Assembly (NCBI RefSeq): GCF_006345805.1
Contig: NC_043005.1
Span: 68,200,001 to 68,264,000, forward strand
DNA: 64,000 bases
From: Octopus sinensis
Taxonomy: Eukaryota
Direction: 5' to 3'
The notes under the pieces are model-generated. The model was not told the origin of the DNA, made no database searches, and worked only from the letters and a program-made list of their open reading frames with translations. Of the stretch, positions 37,703 through 52,066 are shown one piece after another. The position numbers were made by a program, and so were the translations under genes. The stretch's first letter is position 1; every line of letters begins with the position of its first letter.

Positions 37703-40010
37703 TGACATAACATTCCAGATGTTCCAGGCATTCCACATGACATTCCAGACATACCAGAAATTCCAGAAATGACAGGCATGACGTTCCAGACATTCCAGAA
37801 ATTCAACATGACATTGCAGACATACCAGACATGACATTCCAGACATTCCAGATATTCCAGACATTCCAGACATGTGATGCAACGTGACATTCCATTCCAT
37901 CCATGACGTGACGTGACGTGTCATTTCATTCCATGATGTGATGTGACGTGACATGACATGACATTCATGACATCACATTCCTGACAGGACATGACATTCA
38001 TGGCATGATATCGATGACGTGACATTCATGACATGATATGACATTCATGACATGTCAAGTCATGAATGTCATGAATGTCATGCATGTCATGTCATGTCAC
38101 GTCATTCCAGACATTCCATGCATTCCATTCCGTGATATGACATTCCAGACATTCCATGACATGACATTCTAGACATTCCAGACATTCCATGACATTACAG
38201 ATATTCCATTTCATGACATGACATTCCAGACATTCCAAGACATGACATTCCCGATATTCCAGACATGACATTCCAGGCATTCCATTCCATGGCATGACAT
38301 TGCAGACATTCCTTGACATGACAGTCCAAATATTCCAGACATTCCATGACATGTCATTCCAGACTTTCCATGACATGACATGCCAGACATTCCAGATATT
38401 TCAGACATGACATTTCAGACATTCCAGACATTGCAGGCATTCCATTCCATGATATAACATTCCAGACATTCCATGACATGGCATTCCAGACATTCTAATC
38501 CATGACATGACATTCAAGACATTCCAAACATTCTATAACATGACATTTCAGACATTCTATGACATGACATTCCAGAGTTTCCATGACATGACATTCCAGA
38601 CATTCCAGACACGACATTTCAGACATTCCAGGCATTTTATGACATTCCAAACATTCCATTCCATGACATAACATTCCAGACACTCCAGACATAACATTCC
38701 ATAATTCCAGACATTCCATTCTGTGACGTGACGTTACATTCCATTCCATTCTGTCACATGACGTGACATGATATTCTATTCCATTCCATGACGTGACGTG
38801 ACATTCCATTCCATTCTGTGACGTGACGTGACATGATATTCCATTCTGTGACGTGATATTCCATGACATGCCATAACATGACGTGACTTTCCATTCCATT
38901 CCATGACGTGACGTGACATTCCATTCCATTCTGTCACGTGACGTGGCATTCTATTCCATTCCATGACGTGACGTGACATTCCATGATGTGACGTGACGTA
39001 ACCTTCCATTTCATTCCATGACGTGACGGGATGTGACATTCATTCCATGACGTGACGTGACATTCCATTTCATTCCATGTCGTGACCTGACATGACATTC
39101 CATTCCATTCCATGATGTGATGTGACGCGACATTCCATGATGTGATGTGACGTGGCATTCCATTTCATTCCATGACGTGACAGGATGTGACATTCCATTC
39201 CATGACATGACGTGACATTCCATTTCATTCCATGTCGTGACCTGACGTGACATTCCATTCCATTCCATGATGTGACGTGACGTGACATTCCATTTCATGA
39301 CGTGACGTGACATTCCATTTCATGACGTGACGTGACATTCCATTTCGTGACGTGACGTGACATTCCATTCCGTGACGTGACTTTCCATTCCATTCCATGA
39401 CATGACACTCCATTCCATTCCATCACGTGACGTGACGTGACATTCCATTCCATGACATGACATTCCAGACATTCCAGACATTCCATGACATGACATTCCA
39501 GTCATTTTAGACATGAAATTCCAGACATGACATTCCAGACATGACATTCCAGACATGACATTCCAGACATGACATTCCAGATATGACATTCCCGACATTC
39601 CAGACATTCTAGACATGACGTGAAATTCCATTCCATTCAAATTCTATGACGTGACGTGACCTGATGTGGCATGACGTGACCTGATGTGACATGACGTGAC
39701 ATGGCATGACATGACATTCATGACATTCATGACATGATATGACATTCATGACATGATATGACATTCATGACATGATATGGCATTACATTCATGATATTCA
39801 TGACATACCATGATATTCCAGACATGACATTTCATGACATTCCAGACATTGCAGCCATTCCATGACATACTATGACATGACATTCCAGACATTCCAGATA
39901 TTCCACACATGACATTCCAGATATTCCAGACATGACATTCCAGTCATTCCAGACATTACAGACAACCCAGACATTCCAGACATTCCAGACATGATGTGAC
40001 ATTCCATTCC
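37703..40010. repeat. Compound pentamer-based minisatellite (ATTCC/GACAT/GACGT/CCAGA)
   Basis: About 2.3 kb built almost entirely from cattc, catga, gacat, gacgt and ccaga words. Confidence 0.9.
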
Positions 40011-40249
40011 AGTATTAGCATAAGTCCATGTGTGATAATTTTAGGTCCTTGAATCACTAGTTCATTTCATTCAATAGTCATTTATACAGTTTGTTTCTAC
40101 CCAGTTTCGTTCATGAAGTAGGAGTCAGTGCAAGGGTTAAGGTAAAGGATATCAGTCAAAGATGTCACTCAGTGGAATCGAAACTGATACCTCATGGTTG
40201 AGAAGCAAGCTTCTCAACTATCTGGTAATATTAGCATCTTTGAATAAAT

Positions 40250-40323
40250 ACATATAAATATATACACACATGCATACGTGAACACATATACACAATTCAT
40301 GCACATTTGTGTGTATGTGTGTG

Positions 40324-40369
<46 letters not shown>

Positions 40370-40885
40370 TATAGCATCATCATCATCAGCGTCTGATTTC
40401 CATGCTGGCAGGGGTTGGACCGTATATACATACACACACACATATATATGTAGGCACTCACACATATGCACACATGCAAATTTATATGTATGTATGCAAA
40501 TATATATATATATATAGGTGTGTATATATATGTGTGTGTATATATACGCATATATACAATTATATGTTTATATGTGTGTACATATATATATGTATGTATA
40601 TATACATATATATATAATATGTGTGTATGTGTATATATATACATGTATATATATTTGTGTGTATATATATATGTATATATATATATGTGTGTGTATATAT
40701 ATATATATATACATATACACATACATAAACACACATACACACACATATGTATGCACTTGTGTCTTATATAACTTTTTGTTCATAAACCTCTTTGCACATG
40801 CACTCATATATGTATGTTTATTTGTGTGTGTGTATGTGTGTGTGTATGTGTGTAGGTATGTGTCTATATATATATATATATATAC
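40250..40885. repeat. Degenerate (TA/TG/CA)n tract
   Basis: Direct reading. Confidence 0.9.
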
Positions 40886-41625
40886 GTGACAATTATAAAT
40901 TCCTCTATTTACATAATATCGAGGTCTCAATCATTCTTTTGTTGTCATACAATTACTACTAATATATATATATATATATATATGTATGTGTATATACAGA
41001 CATGCATAGACACAGTAAGTAATCTATATAGTGATTCTGTTGCACACTTATAAGCAATCATACAATCCTTTACAACATCATACTTACAGACAGTTGGACA
41101 AAACACGTCCATATAGATAGTTGCAAAGGAAGACAAATCTTCACTGATCAAGAGTAAAACAAAAAAAAAAAAATAAACACAAGAAACAAACAAACAACCA
41201 CCAAATCAATTAAAATTGATTACAAAAGAATAAATGTGTCTTATCTTATTTCCTGCTGTGTTTTTTTCCCTTTAATGATTTTGTTTGGTTGTGCCGCTGT
41301 TATGGAAGGAGGTTTCTTAGATTCTGTTAATTATTTGATTAGAATTACATATAGTTAAAAGAACAACAACAACAACAAAAAAAATGCCTTCCAAACAATA
41401 GATGTTATTCAAAAATTCATACAAGATATAAATTCAGTAAATAGGTAAATAAGCCATATCATTTTACACCCCACCACTCTCAGTTCATTGGTTTCTGTGT
41501 TCTGCCACATTTATCTCAGCTCATCTCACATCGCTGCCATTTATTACAAACTTAATTTGCCAGAAACTTATATATAATTTTATAACTTTTCTGTCAGCTG
41601 TGGTGATAGTGATATATTATTAGTG

Positions 41626-42238
41626 CTTGACAGTACGGTTTTGCTTGGAGAACATGAATAACTCTATTGTTAGAACAGCTGACAGAATGGTTGTTAAGTT
41701 TGGCAGTGTCAATATTGTCCTCGGTACTTTGCTTGTATACATGGAAATAAAAAAACAAACCAACAAACATCCTTTATAGAATCTTTCAATCTAGAAATAA
41801 TAACCAATAGGTACGGGCATGGCTGTGTGGTAAGAAGCTTGCTTCCCAAGCACGTGGTTCTGGGTTCAGTTCTGCTGTGTGACATTTTGGGCAAATGTCT
41901 TCTACTATAGCGTCAGGCCAACCAAAGCCTTGACAGTATGGTTTTGCTTGGAGAACATGAATAACTGTATTGTTAGAACAGCTGACGGAATGGTTGTTAA
42001 GTTTGGCAGTGTCAATATTGTCCTTGGTACTCTGCTTGTATACATGGAAATAAAAAAAAACAAAAATAACAAACAAACATCCTTTATACAATCTTTCAAT
42101 CTAGAAATAATAACCAATAGGTGCAGGCATGGCTGTGTGGTAAGAAGCTTGCTTCCCAAGCACGTGGTTCTGGGTTCAGTTCTGCTGTATGACATTTTGG
42201 GCAAATGTCTTCTACTATAGCGTCAGGCCAACCAAAGC
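41626..42238. repeat. Direct tandem duplication, ~303-310-bp unit
   Basis: cttgacagta(c/t)ggttttgcttggagaac starts at both 41626 and 41929. Each unit ends in a family B SINE head. Confidence 0.9.
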
Positions 42239-43327
42239 CTTGTGAGTGGATTTGGTAGATGGAAACTGAAACAAATCTGTCACACACATATATAAATGTG
42301 TGTGTGTGCGTGTGTGTTTGTGTGTGTGTATATATATGTATATGCCTTTGTGTCTGTGTTTGCCCTTTCACCACCGCTTGACAACTGTTGTTGGTGTATT
42401 CATGTCCCTGTAACTTAGCAGTTCAGCAAAAGAGACCGATAGTATAAGTACCAGGTTTTAAAAATAATAATGGGGTAGATTTGTTTGATTAAAACAATTC
42501 AAAGTGATGCCCCTGCATGGCCACAGTCAAATGACTGAAACAAGTAAAAGTTAAAAAACAAGAAAGATAACTATTCCCAAGATAACACTGTAGTTGTTTA
42601 AATAAAAGACACATTACATAGAACAACATAGACCCTGAATGTTGTTGATCATAGGTCTCTTAGATCTGGGCTGACCTAGACTCAAACAAGAATATTATCT
42701 CTTTTATCTCTTTTATCTCTTTTACTTGTTTCAGTCATTTGACTGCGGCCATGCTGGAGCACCACCTTTAGTTGAGCAAATCGACCCCAGGACTTATTCT
42801 TTGGAAGCCCTAGTACTTATTCCATTGGTCTCTTTTGCCAAACCGCTAAGTTATGGGGACGTAAACGCATTGGTTGTCAATCGATTTTGGGGGGACAAAC
42901 ACAGATGCACAAACATATACACAAACATACATATACATATATATACATATATACGATGGGCTTCTTTCAGTTTCCAACTACCAAACCCACTCACAAGGCT
43001 TTGGTCAGCCTGAGGCTATAGCAGAAGACACTTGCCCAAGGTGCCATGCAGTGGGAATGAACATTGAACCATGTGGTTAGTAAGCAAGTTACTTACCACA
43101 CAGCCACTCCTGTGCCTATGTTTTAATTTTTTTATCATTTCTTTGTTTCAGTCATTAGATTGTGGCTGTGCTGGGACACCACTTTGAAGAATTTTAGCCA
43201 AAGAAATTGACACCTGTGCTTAATTCTTTTTTGTCAAAATGCTAAGTTACAGGTATGCAAACACACTAACACCTGTTGTCAGGTGGTGATAGGAGACAAA
43301 CATTGACACAAGGACATGCACACATAG

Positions 43328-43378
<51 letters not shown>

Positions 43379-44989
43379 GCTTCTTTCAGTTTCTGTCTAC
43401 CAAATTCACTCATAAGGTTTTGGTTGACCCAAGGCTATAGTAGAAAACATTTGCCCAATGTGCCACACAGTGGGACTGAACCTGGAATTATGTGGTTGGC
43501 ATGCAAACTTTTTACCACTCAGTCATGCCTGGATAATTTTGATAAAATAGTCCTAGAAAATGTGAAGGTAGTGCTCATAACCTATTATAGAGTGTGTGAG
43601 GCTGATGGGAAGGAGAAATGATGGTATTGTCAAAGCAGAAACCTGTCAGGAATGCTTGGAAAGACTGAACTCTTCTAAAGCAGCCAGGGTGCCAGGGGAT
43701 GGTGTTAATATGGGCAACAGGTTAAGTGTATCAGCTGAGTAGGCCATGATTAGATTTGAACTCAGAATGCAAAGAAGCAGAACAATTATTGCAAGGCATC
43801 AATTCCAATGTTATTACAACTCTACCTATTTACTACTTTGAATTTTTACTTTTTTTTTTTATTAATCCTGTAAAGTTAAAAGGCAAAAATTACCCATGGC
43901 AGAATTTGAACTCAAAGCACTGAGTTACTATAAATTTTATGAAACATTCTGTGTGACACTCTACCAAATCAACTAAGTATGACAAAAAAAAAAAAAAGAA
44001 AAAAACCTCAAAAAAAATCTCCCCAAAATATAGTGGTCATTATTAAAATGATTTGACTACAGGTCACAGCTTGGTTAGAGCTGATCTGATGCTAGGCAAC
44101 AAGTACAACAATTAAATGTCAACAATTAAATGCCCAGTCCAGTCAGTTGTAGAATAGGTACAACATCAGTGGTAGTAGCAGTAGCAATGACATTAGTTAG
44201 ACTCATACTCAGATAATTTGCTTTTATAACACTATATGATGATGATAGGCCAACAAAGGGAGCAGCCAAGCAGTTGCTTGACATGCTAGAAATACTAATC
44301 AAATTTCTCACAGACTACACATTACCAAAGCAAGATAGGGGTTTATCGTTGGCTGTCATTAACAACAATAACAATTACATGAAAATGAAGACCTCAGTGG
44401 TGAGCTATGGCTCAGTGGTTTATGGGACTCACCTCAACACACATCAGTAGTTTTGCTTTAAATGTAAAAAGAAGAGAAAGATGATAGGGTGATATCTGTC
44501 TCTCTTTTGTGTTTTGTTTTACCTAAATTTGCTCCTAAGCAACTCCAGCTTTAAACATTAAAAACCTTCCATAATACCTTTCCATCAGTACTTAATCTAC
44601 AACCTAATTATCATCCAATATAGCTCCGCCAATCCCTGAAAAAAAAACAAAGTTATCAGACACTATATAAAACCAAGATGAACTCAAATGTACCACACTC
44701 CAATGAAAGCCAGGAGGCTGATACTTTGAAGTCACTGTCATCTTTCTTCTTCTAAAAGTATAATAAATATGGACTGTAAAAGGGTATTCAGTAATTCTTC
44801 AGTTTAATGTAAACTATTTTTTGGTCATAATTTGACATAAAAACTAGCAATACACACACACGCACACACAGCATGGCTGTGTAGTTGAGAAGCTTATCAA
44901 CCGTCTGGTCTTGGATTCAGTCCCAATGTGTGGCATCTTGCCATATACATATATATACACACTCATACATATTATGTTTCTACTTGCAG

Positions 44990-45131
44990 TTACCAAATTG
45001 CTACATTCCTAGACACACAGTCATATGCTTTGGTGTTTGGTTTTAATACATTTCTTGCCTTGGTCCTGGAAACTATATTGACTATTATTGTTGTTGACAA
45101 ACGTGGACTTAACCTTGATATCCGAACACAG
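44990..45131 (+). CDS. SLC19A: SLC19-family transporter, coding exon 3 (142 bp)
   Basis: Acceptor tttctacttgcag, donor gtatag at 45132. Phase 2 joins exon 2 and reads YQIATFLDTQSYALVFGFNTFLALVLETILTIIVVDKRGLNLDIRTQ (family motif FQIA...YALVFG.NTF.AL...IVVD..GL.L). Confidence 0.95.
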
Positions 45132-46855
45132 GTATAGTATTCATTATCATTATTATTATCAGTATTCTTATCATCTTTGTCATTATTCTGCTGTCATCAT
45201 CCTGTCAGCATCATTACCTCTACCTTTGAAAGCAGAGTAATTGTTTTCATTCATGTTTGTTTGTTTGTTAGTTCGTCCATAGATAAGATATCTCAAGAAC
45301 CACTGGATGGCTTCTGATGAAGCTTTCAAGGATGTTTGGCCTTGCGACTGGCATGAACTGATTAGATTTTGGGATTGATCAGGTGCTGGAAAAGGATTCT
45401 GGATTATTTTTTCCATTTTGAGAGCAGTCGGGTTCATTTTAAGTATTCTTGTTTGTGAGAGCAATCAAGTTTATTTCAGATATTCTCATTTTAAAAATCC
45501 TCTCTGGCTAATCGTTAAGTGGACGTTGGTGTTGCCTTGGCAGAGGTTTGCACTCTCTGAGTGCTCTTGTTATTGTTGAAGTCATGTTTTCCTACAATTA
45601 CAACAGCTGCTCCTGTTTTAATGAGATGACAGAAGGTGGAAAGTTAATGATTTCTGATCATAAAATTTCATTTCATTTTATTGAAGAAACTTCTTTTGTT
45701 ACAAGTGGTACTTATATTTTCCCACTTGGTGTTCCTGATCTTTTCCATATGGCATTGTGTTGTTTAGGTTTTTGATTACTGGTTCTTGAAAGGTTTCCTT
45801 ATCAATGAAGCAGAATTCTCTCTGAAGGTTGATATGAATTTCTTAGATTCTTAGATTTTGTATAATGAGCAACTGAAACCTACTTTGTTGATGAAATAAC
45901 ATGTAAGATGTTGGAGAGTTTAGTGTTAAATTCTAGGTTAAGTGGGTGAAGATGAAGTAGGTTGTATAGGTGGTAAAGATAGATCGTATAGATGATAGAA
46001 AGGCAGGCATTCTATTGGGTTGTCCAGAAAGTTCATGCTGATTTATAGTGGCTTACCTTTCAACTTATTTTAGAACATGGTTGAGTCCACAAAATAGGAT
46101 TTGACTACACCTTCATTTAGAGCACAGTCTAAGCTATGTTTTCGTGGAAAAAGGTTAATGTTCCTATAACCTGTGTTGATTCTGTAACTCTTTAAAATGG
46201 AAGATATTAGTTGTGGGTCTATATGATGTACTGTAGAGCTTTTGATAAATGTAGAGATTCATATATCAGAAACTCTGTCCATAAACTGCATGTAGATGTT
46301 AAATATGACACTTGTGTACACATACCTTTCCTGGAGAAATATCAAAACCAGAATATTATGGTCACCATCAGAGACAGTGGACAGAAATTGAAAATTTGAG
46401 GATTAAAGTAGCTATTTATATTAAACACATTTGATCCTTCCATCAACAACAGACAGAAGTTGCACAAAGTTAATCAACTAATATAACACTCTAATCTGTA
46501 CATATCATAACCACCATCCACCTATATCTAAGTTTGTTTTCCATTTTTCTCTTAATAATATATTTAAAATTTGAAATATTGACATATTAGTGTAAACTGT
46601 TGCTTTTGTTTACTTTTGTTTTAATTCCATTATTTCTAACTTTAAATCCAGTTGCTTTCTAAAACAATTTAATTCCATTTCATAATGCTTCCTCTAAACT
46701 ACACAACTGTAAGATTGTTACACCTGAGCCAGGCTAAATATATTACAATGAAGAATTTATTCAATCTATTGGAGTAACAGGTAAAGAGTGGCTACCTGGT
46801 TAATTTCCTACATCTATGTTTGAAACATTCAGGAACATTCAGCTATTTAAATGCA

Positions 46856-47240
46856 GAATGCAGAGAACATGCGAAGACTAGAGAAGAATGAAATTTGTAA
46901 GCTCTACTGGATGTGCAATGTCAGTATATATGTGCAACAGAGCACTAATGTATTGAGAGAAACAATAGACATAATAGGTATTATATGCAGTGTGCAAGAG
47001 AGGAGACTGTGCTGGTTTGGTTTCATGGTGCAGTTGGATGATGACAGTTGCATAAAGTAATGCTGATCACTAAAAGAGGAGGGAGGTTGTGGAAGAGGGA
47101 AACCCAGGAAGACATGAGAATAAGTACTGAAAGTTGATCTCAAAATGTTGGGCCTTACAAAAGAGATGACAATGGATCAAGATATGTGATGCATTTCTGT
47201 ACTCAAGTAGACCCACCCACCTCAACAAAATTGAGATCCT
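46856..47240 (+). mobile_element. RTE-clade LINE 3' fragment (decayed ORF2 C-terminus)
   Basis: MRRLEKNE...WMCNVS....S..VLRE...I.GI.C.VQERRLCWFG...DDDSC.K...GGCGRGKPRKT..VLKVDLKMLGLT matches the RTE ORF2 C-terminal signature (RL.W.GH...R.GRP..TW). Contains stops. Confidence 0.8.
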
Positions 47241-48217
47241 AAAACCAAGATGCCACATAAAAAAAAAAGCATTAGTGTAGGTGCTGATGCCATGTAAAAA
47301 TCACTGGTGATGGTGCCACATAAAAAGCACCCACTACACTCTGCAAAGTGGTTAGCATTAGGGAGAGCATCCAGCTGTAGAAACCAAGCCAAAACAGACT
47401 ATGGAACCAGGTGCAACCCTGGCCTTGTCATTTCTTGTCAAGCTGTCCAAACCAACTCATGCTAGCATGGAAAATGGACATTAAATGATGACAATGATGA
47501 TAATGAAGTTTAAAATCTCCCTAAATTACACTGAGAAGTTTGTGTCACCTAACATTTTTTTAAATTATGAAAATATGATCTGGTTAAAGAAATTTATTGG
47601 GAAATAAATTTTTGGAGACTCCAAGTACATTTTCAACCTTCCTTTTTTGCATATTTCTAATTGAGTTGGAAGACCCCCATTTTCTTGTATGCATATGTAT
47701 GCATGTGTGTGTGAGAGTGTGTGTGTTTATGTGTGTGTGTATGAGTAAATGTATCCTCCTCCTCCTTTTCCTTCCTCCTTGTTTTAGCATCCACTTTTCC
47801 ATGGTCATATGGGTCAGATCGAGTTTGTTGAGGTAGATTTTTTTAATGGCTGGATGCTCTTGCCGTCACTAACTCACACTTGTTTCCAAGTAAGGTAATA
47901 TTTCCTCATGGCCAGACACCATTTCCATGGAAGACTGAAAATGAAGAACACTGCTTGTATTATGGTAACTTTCATTTACACCTATTACTTGATGTCAAAA
48001 CATGGTGACACACACACACACATGCATGTGACAGGTGTCTTTCAGTTTCTGTCTGCTAAATCCACTCACCAGCCTTTGATTGGCATAGGGCTTTGGTGAA
48101 AGACACTAGCCACAGGTGCTGTGCTGTAGGATTGAACCTGAAACCATGTGGCTGGGAAGCAAACTTGTTAACCACACATCTATCCTTGTACTAAATATGC
48201 ATACATACATACATACA

Positions 48218-48253
<36 letters not shown>

Positions 48254-49490
48254 CAATAAGAAGAAGACAAAGAAAATTCATTAACACGTATTTAATTATA
48301 AGTAACTTATAATTAAAGATGTGTTAATGAAATTTCTTTGTCTTCTTTTCATTGGATTATTTACTCTTCGTCAAACCTGTATAATTGTTGTGAAACTTGG
48401 ATTGTCTACAGCTGAAGTATTCCAGCTTTGGCTTAGATCCTGACAGTATATATTTATCTATCATGGTAACGTGTGCTGAGGAAGGTGAGGCTATTATGCC
48501 AGTCCAGAAACCAGTCCCCATAATTCCAAATACTTGAATGTATGCTGGGAGATTACCTGAGCTCATTTGCCTTCAGACAGTTGATTTCTGTAGTTGTTAT
48601 CAGTGTGTTTTGGTGATTTAAATAAGAGTTTTGACTGTTATTTCCAGCTGGTAGACATACCTGTTATGTCCTTTAATTAATTTTAATCCTTCAGCTATTT
48701 AATGCATTTTTGGAGCCTGCAATTGCCTATATTATTGATTCTGTTAGTATCATTTTTAAATTGTTATACTAGATAATAATAGAGTCAATGATATCTTTGC
48801 AAATTATTTCTCATGAACTATTTGCTCCGTATTGACAGTATTTATATATATTCATATGTATATAAATATATAAATATATATATATATATATATAATAAGC
48901 CTCACCTTCATCAGCACGCGTTACCATGATAGATAAATATATATATATATATATATATACATAGTGTGTGTGTATGTCTTATTCATTATGTTTGCTTCCC
49001 AAACCACATAGTTTTGGATTCAGTCCCACTGCATATCACCTTGAGCAAGTGTCTTTCACTATAACCCTTGACTTACCAAAGTCTTGTGAGTAGATTTAGA
49101 AGATGAGAAATGAAAGAAATCCAGCATGTATGTATATGTGTGTATGAGTGTGTGTGTGAGTGTATGTTTGTGTGCATGTTTAAATGTACGTGTGTATTAG
49201 TGTCTCCTTATCTTGACATCACATGTAATATCTTTAGGGAAGTCCCCACACCATGAGTGGTATTTTTGTTTTACCTTAAGTTAATAAAGCTGCTGAGCCA
49301 TTGGTGGATATAGCTATTGATGAAAGATGAAAAAACTGATATCATGTGTCTATCCAGTTAGTGAGCTAAATGTATATTTATTCTTTATATTTAACATATG
49401 AATAAAAGTGTAAAATGTATATAATTTTTATCTACTTTTAAATATAGTTTTTAATCAATAAAAAACTGAAATATCTTTTCTATCTTTCAG

Positions 49491-49604
49491 TTTATTGTAT
49501 ATGGTGGCTACTTTGGTGTTCTGGCATTACCATTTCTTGCACGGATGCTTTACTGCTTCTTCGTTAAAAGACGTAGCATGGCTTTCAAAAATGAAAATAC
49601 CTAA
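49491..49604 (+). CDS. SLC19A: SLC19-family transporter, terminal coding exon
   Basis: Acceptor atcttttctatctttcag, phase 0. Reads FIVYGGYFGVLALPFLARMLYCFFVKRRSMAFKNENT* (TM12, F..YG.YF motif), with TAA at 49602-49604. Spliced total is 518 aa. Confidence 0.92.
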   Translation, partial: FIVYGGYFGVLALPFLARMLYCFFVKRRSMAFKNENT

Positions 49605-50400
49605 AACCAAACAGAAACCCTCTACAATGATATAATACAAACACATACATACATCCTATATACAACCATACACACACACACACACAAACAGCAGAGACAT
49701 CAAATTTTTATCAAATAACTAATGTTCTTTGCTCAGAGATATGGATGACAATATATGAATTTTTAAAAAATTGCTTTTGTTTTAAATCTTTTTAAGTTTT
49801 AAAATTTTCAATTTGGTAAAAAAAAACCAAAGAATATTTTTATAAAGTGAAATGTTAGAATGTGATAAGCAGATGCAGATGCATGACATTTGATTCAATG
49901 GTGCTAAGTCTGTGGGAGATAAGATGCTGGACTACTGAGTGTGTTCTTTGAAGTTCATTGTGCCATATTTGTGAGCACAACACTCTGCTTTGGTTTGCTT
50001 GCCTGACAAAAATAGACTCCATTTGTACTTCACAATTGTGCGGTTAAGAGTTGTGGGACATCTATTTGTAACACCAATGGTTTACAATTTATATTATCAT
50101 ATAATTTAATATTTAATAATGGAAAAATTTTTTAAAAGTAGAAGACAGATATATGAATTGAAATTCACCATCAATTTATTTTTTTTATCCATTTCAATTT
50201 TGAATCCAATTTTTAAAAAATTAATTCAGATCTGATTTTAAATTATATTATCAAGTAAGCAATATACGTTTGATTGAAATCCTCTGTCAATTTCCTGATT
50301 TTGCTAATGAAACTTGTATGTTTTACCAACAAAAAACAAGAAACGAATCAAATGGTAATACCTTCACCTCACCACACACATGCATACTTACACACACGTG

Positions 50401-50441
<41 letters not shown>

Positions 50442-50996
50442 GAAATTAAATAATGTTCCAATATATACTTAGTGGAACTTGAAATGACTACAGATGCTTT
50501 GTTAATGTGCTGCGAGCAAAGAGATAATCCTCCTCATAGCATAATATGCAGTAAACTCCTTTCATTCCAGGACAACTGGGACCAGGAGGCTGCTGCGTAA
50601 CTGAATTTTCCAGATATTTGATTATCACCTTTTAAATTACCATAACACCTTACAAAACTCATTAAAATTCTCTATGTACATCAGTATTATCATTAGTGTT
50701 AGAGCAGCAAGCTGGCACAATTGTTACTGCTCCAGGCAAAATGCTTAGTAGCATTTCGTCCATCTTTACATTGTGAGTTCAAATACCACCAGAGGTCAAT
50801 AATATAAGCACCATTTGAGAACAGAGGTTAAGGTAATTAACTTACTACTTTTCCCGAAATTGCTGGCCTTGTGCCAAAATTTGAAATCAGTAGTATCACT
50901 AATATTATCATTAATATTCTGAATATAGCAGAAATGAGAGAAACAGGAATAAATGGAAATATAATTCAAATAAAGAACAAATTATATTAACCTAAA

Positions 50997-51160
50997 GGTG
51001 CAGGAGTGACTGTGTGGTAAGTAACTTGCTTACCAGCCACATGGTTCCGGGTTCAGTCCCATTGCATGGCACCTTGGGCAAGTGTCTTCTACTATAGCCT
51101 CAGGCCAACCAAAGCCTTGTGAGGATTTGGTAGATGGAAACTGAAAGAAGCCCATTGTAC

Positions 51161-51202
<42 letters not shown>

Positions 51203-51405
51203 TTGTGTCTGTGTTTGTCCCCCAACATCGCTTGACAACTGATGCTGGTGTGTTTACGTCCCCAAAACTTAGCAGTTCGGCAAAAGAGACTGATAGAATA
51301 AGTACTAGGCTTACAAAGAATAAGTCCTGGGATCAATTTGTTCGACTAAAGGTGGTGCTCCAGCATGGCCACAGTCAAATGACTGAAACAAGTAAAAGAG
51401 AGAGT
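50997..51405 (+). mobile_element. Full-length SINE family B copy
   Basis: aggtgcaggagtgactgtgtggtaag head through the aaaagagagagtaaaagag tail. Confidence 0.8.
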
Positions 51406-51744
51406 AAAAGAGTAGTAAAATACAGTAACTGTAATTGCTGTAAAATATTATACTGTACCTTGGGAAGCAATGCTCCATTCTGGATATTATAGATACTTTC
51501 TTTTAGAAACATTTTATTCTTTTTTCTTTTACTTGTTTCAGTTTTTCACTGTGGCCATGTTAGAGCACTACCTTTAGTCTAACAAATCCACCCTAGGACT
51601 TATTCTTTTTAAACCTTGTACTTATTCTATCGGTCTCTTTGGCCGAACAGCTAAGTTACAGGGACATAAACTCACCAACATCGGTTGTCAAGCGATGGTG
51701 GGGGCACAAACACAGACACACAAATACATACATACGTACATATA

Positions 51745-52066
51745 AGGAGCACCCCGGCGGTTGCAACAATGAGGGTCCCAGCTGTTACCATCAACAGAAC
51801 AGCTTGCTCGTGAAATTAATGCGCAAGTGGCTGAGCAATCCACAAACACGTGTACCCTTAAAATAGTTCTTGGGGAGATTCAGCGTGACACAGAGTGTGA
51901 CAAAGCTGACCCTTTGAAATACAGGTACTACTCATTTTTGCCAGCTGAGTGGACTGGAGCAATGTGAAATAAAGTGTCTTGCTCAAGGGCACAACGCACC
52001 GCCAGGAATTGAACTCACGACCTTACAATCATGAGCCAAATGCCCTAACCACTAAGCCATGTGCCT
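51745..52066 (-). mobile_element. tRNA-derived SINE (family D) nested inside a family B copy
   Basis: Minus head aggcacatggcttagtggttaggg...gtgagttcaattcctgg, core gtgcccttgagcaagacact. It interrupts a family B copy (51525-51740 and 52085-52232). A related copy lies at ~57930-58247. Confidence 0.7.

Noticed and set aside
38092-39640. Cys/Trp/His-rich repeat proteins (MECHVTSWNG...)
   Set aside because: These arise in all three minus frames of a pentamer satellite, which is expected when the repeat words lack stops.
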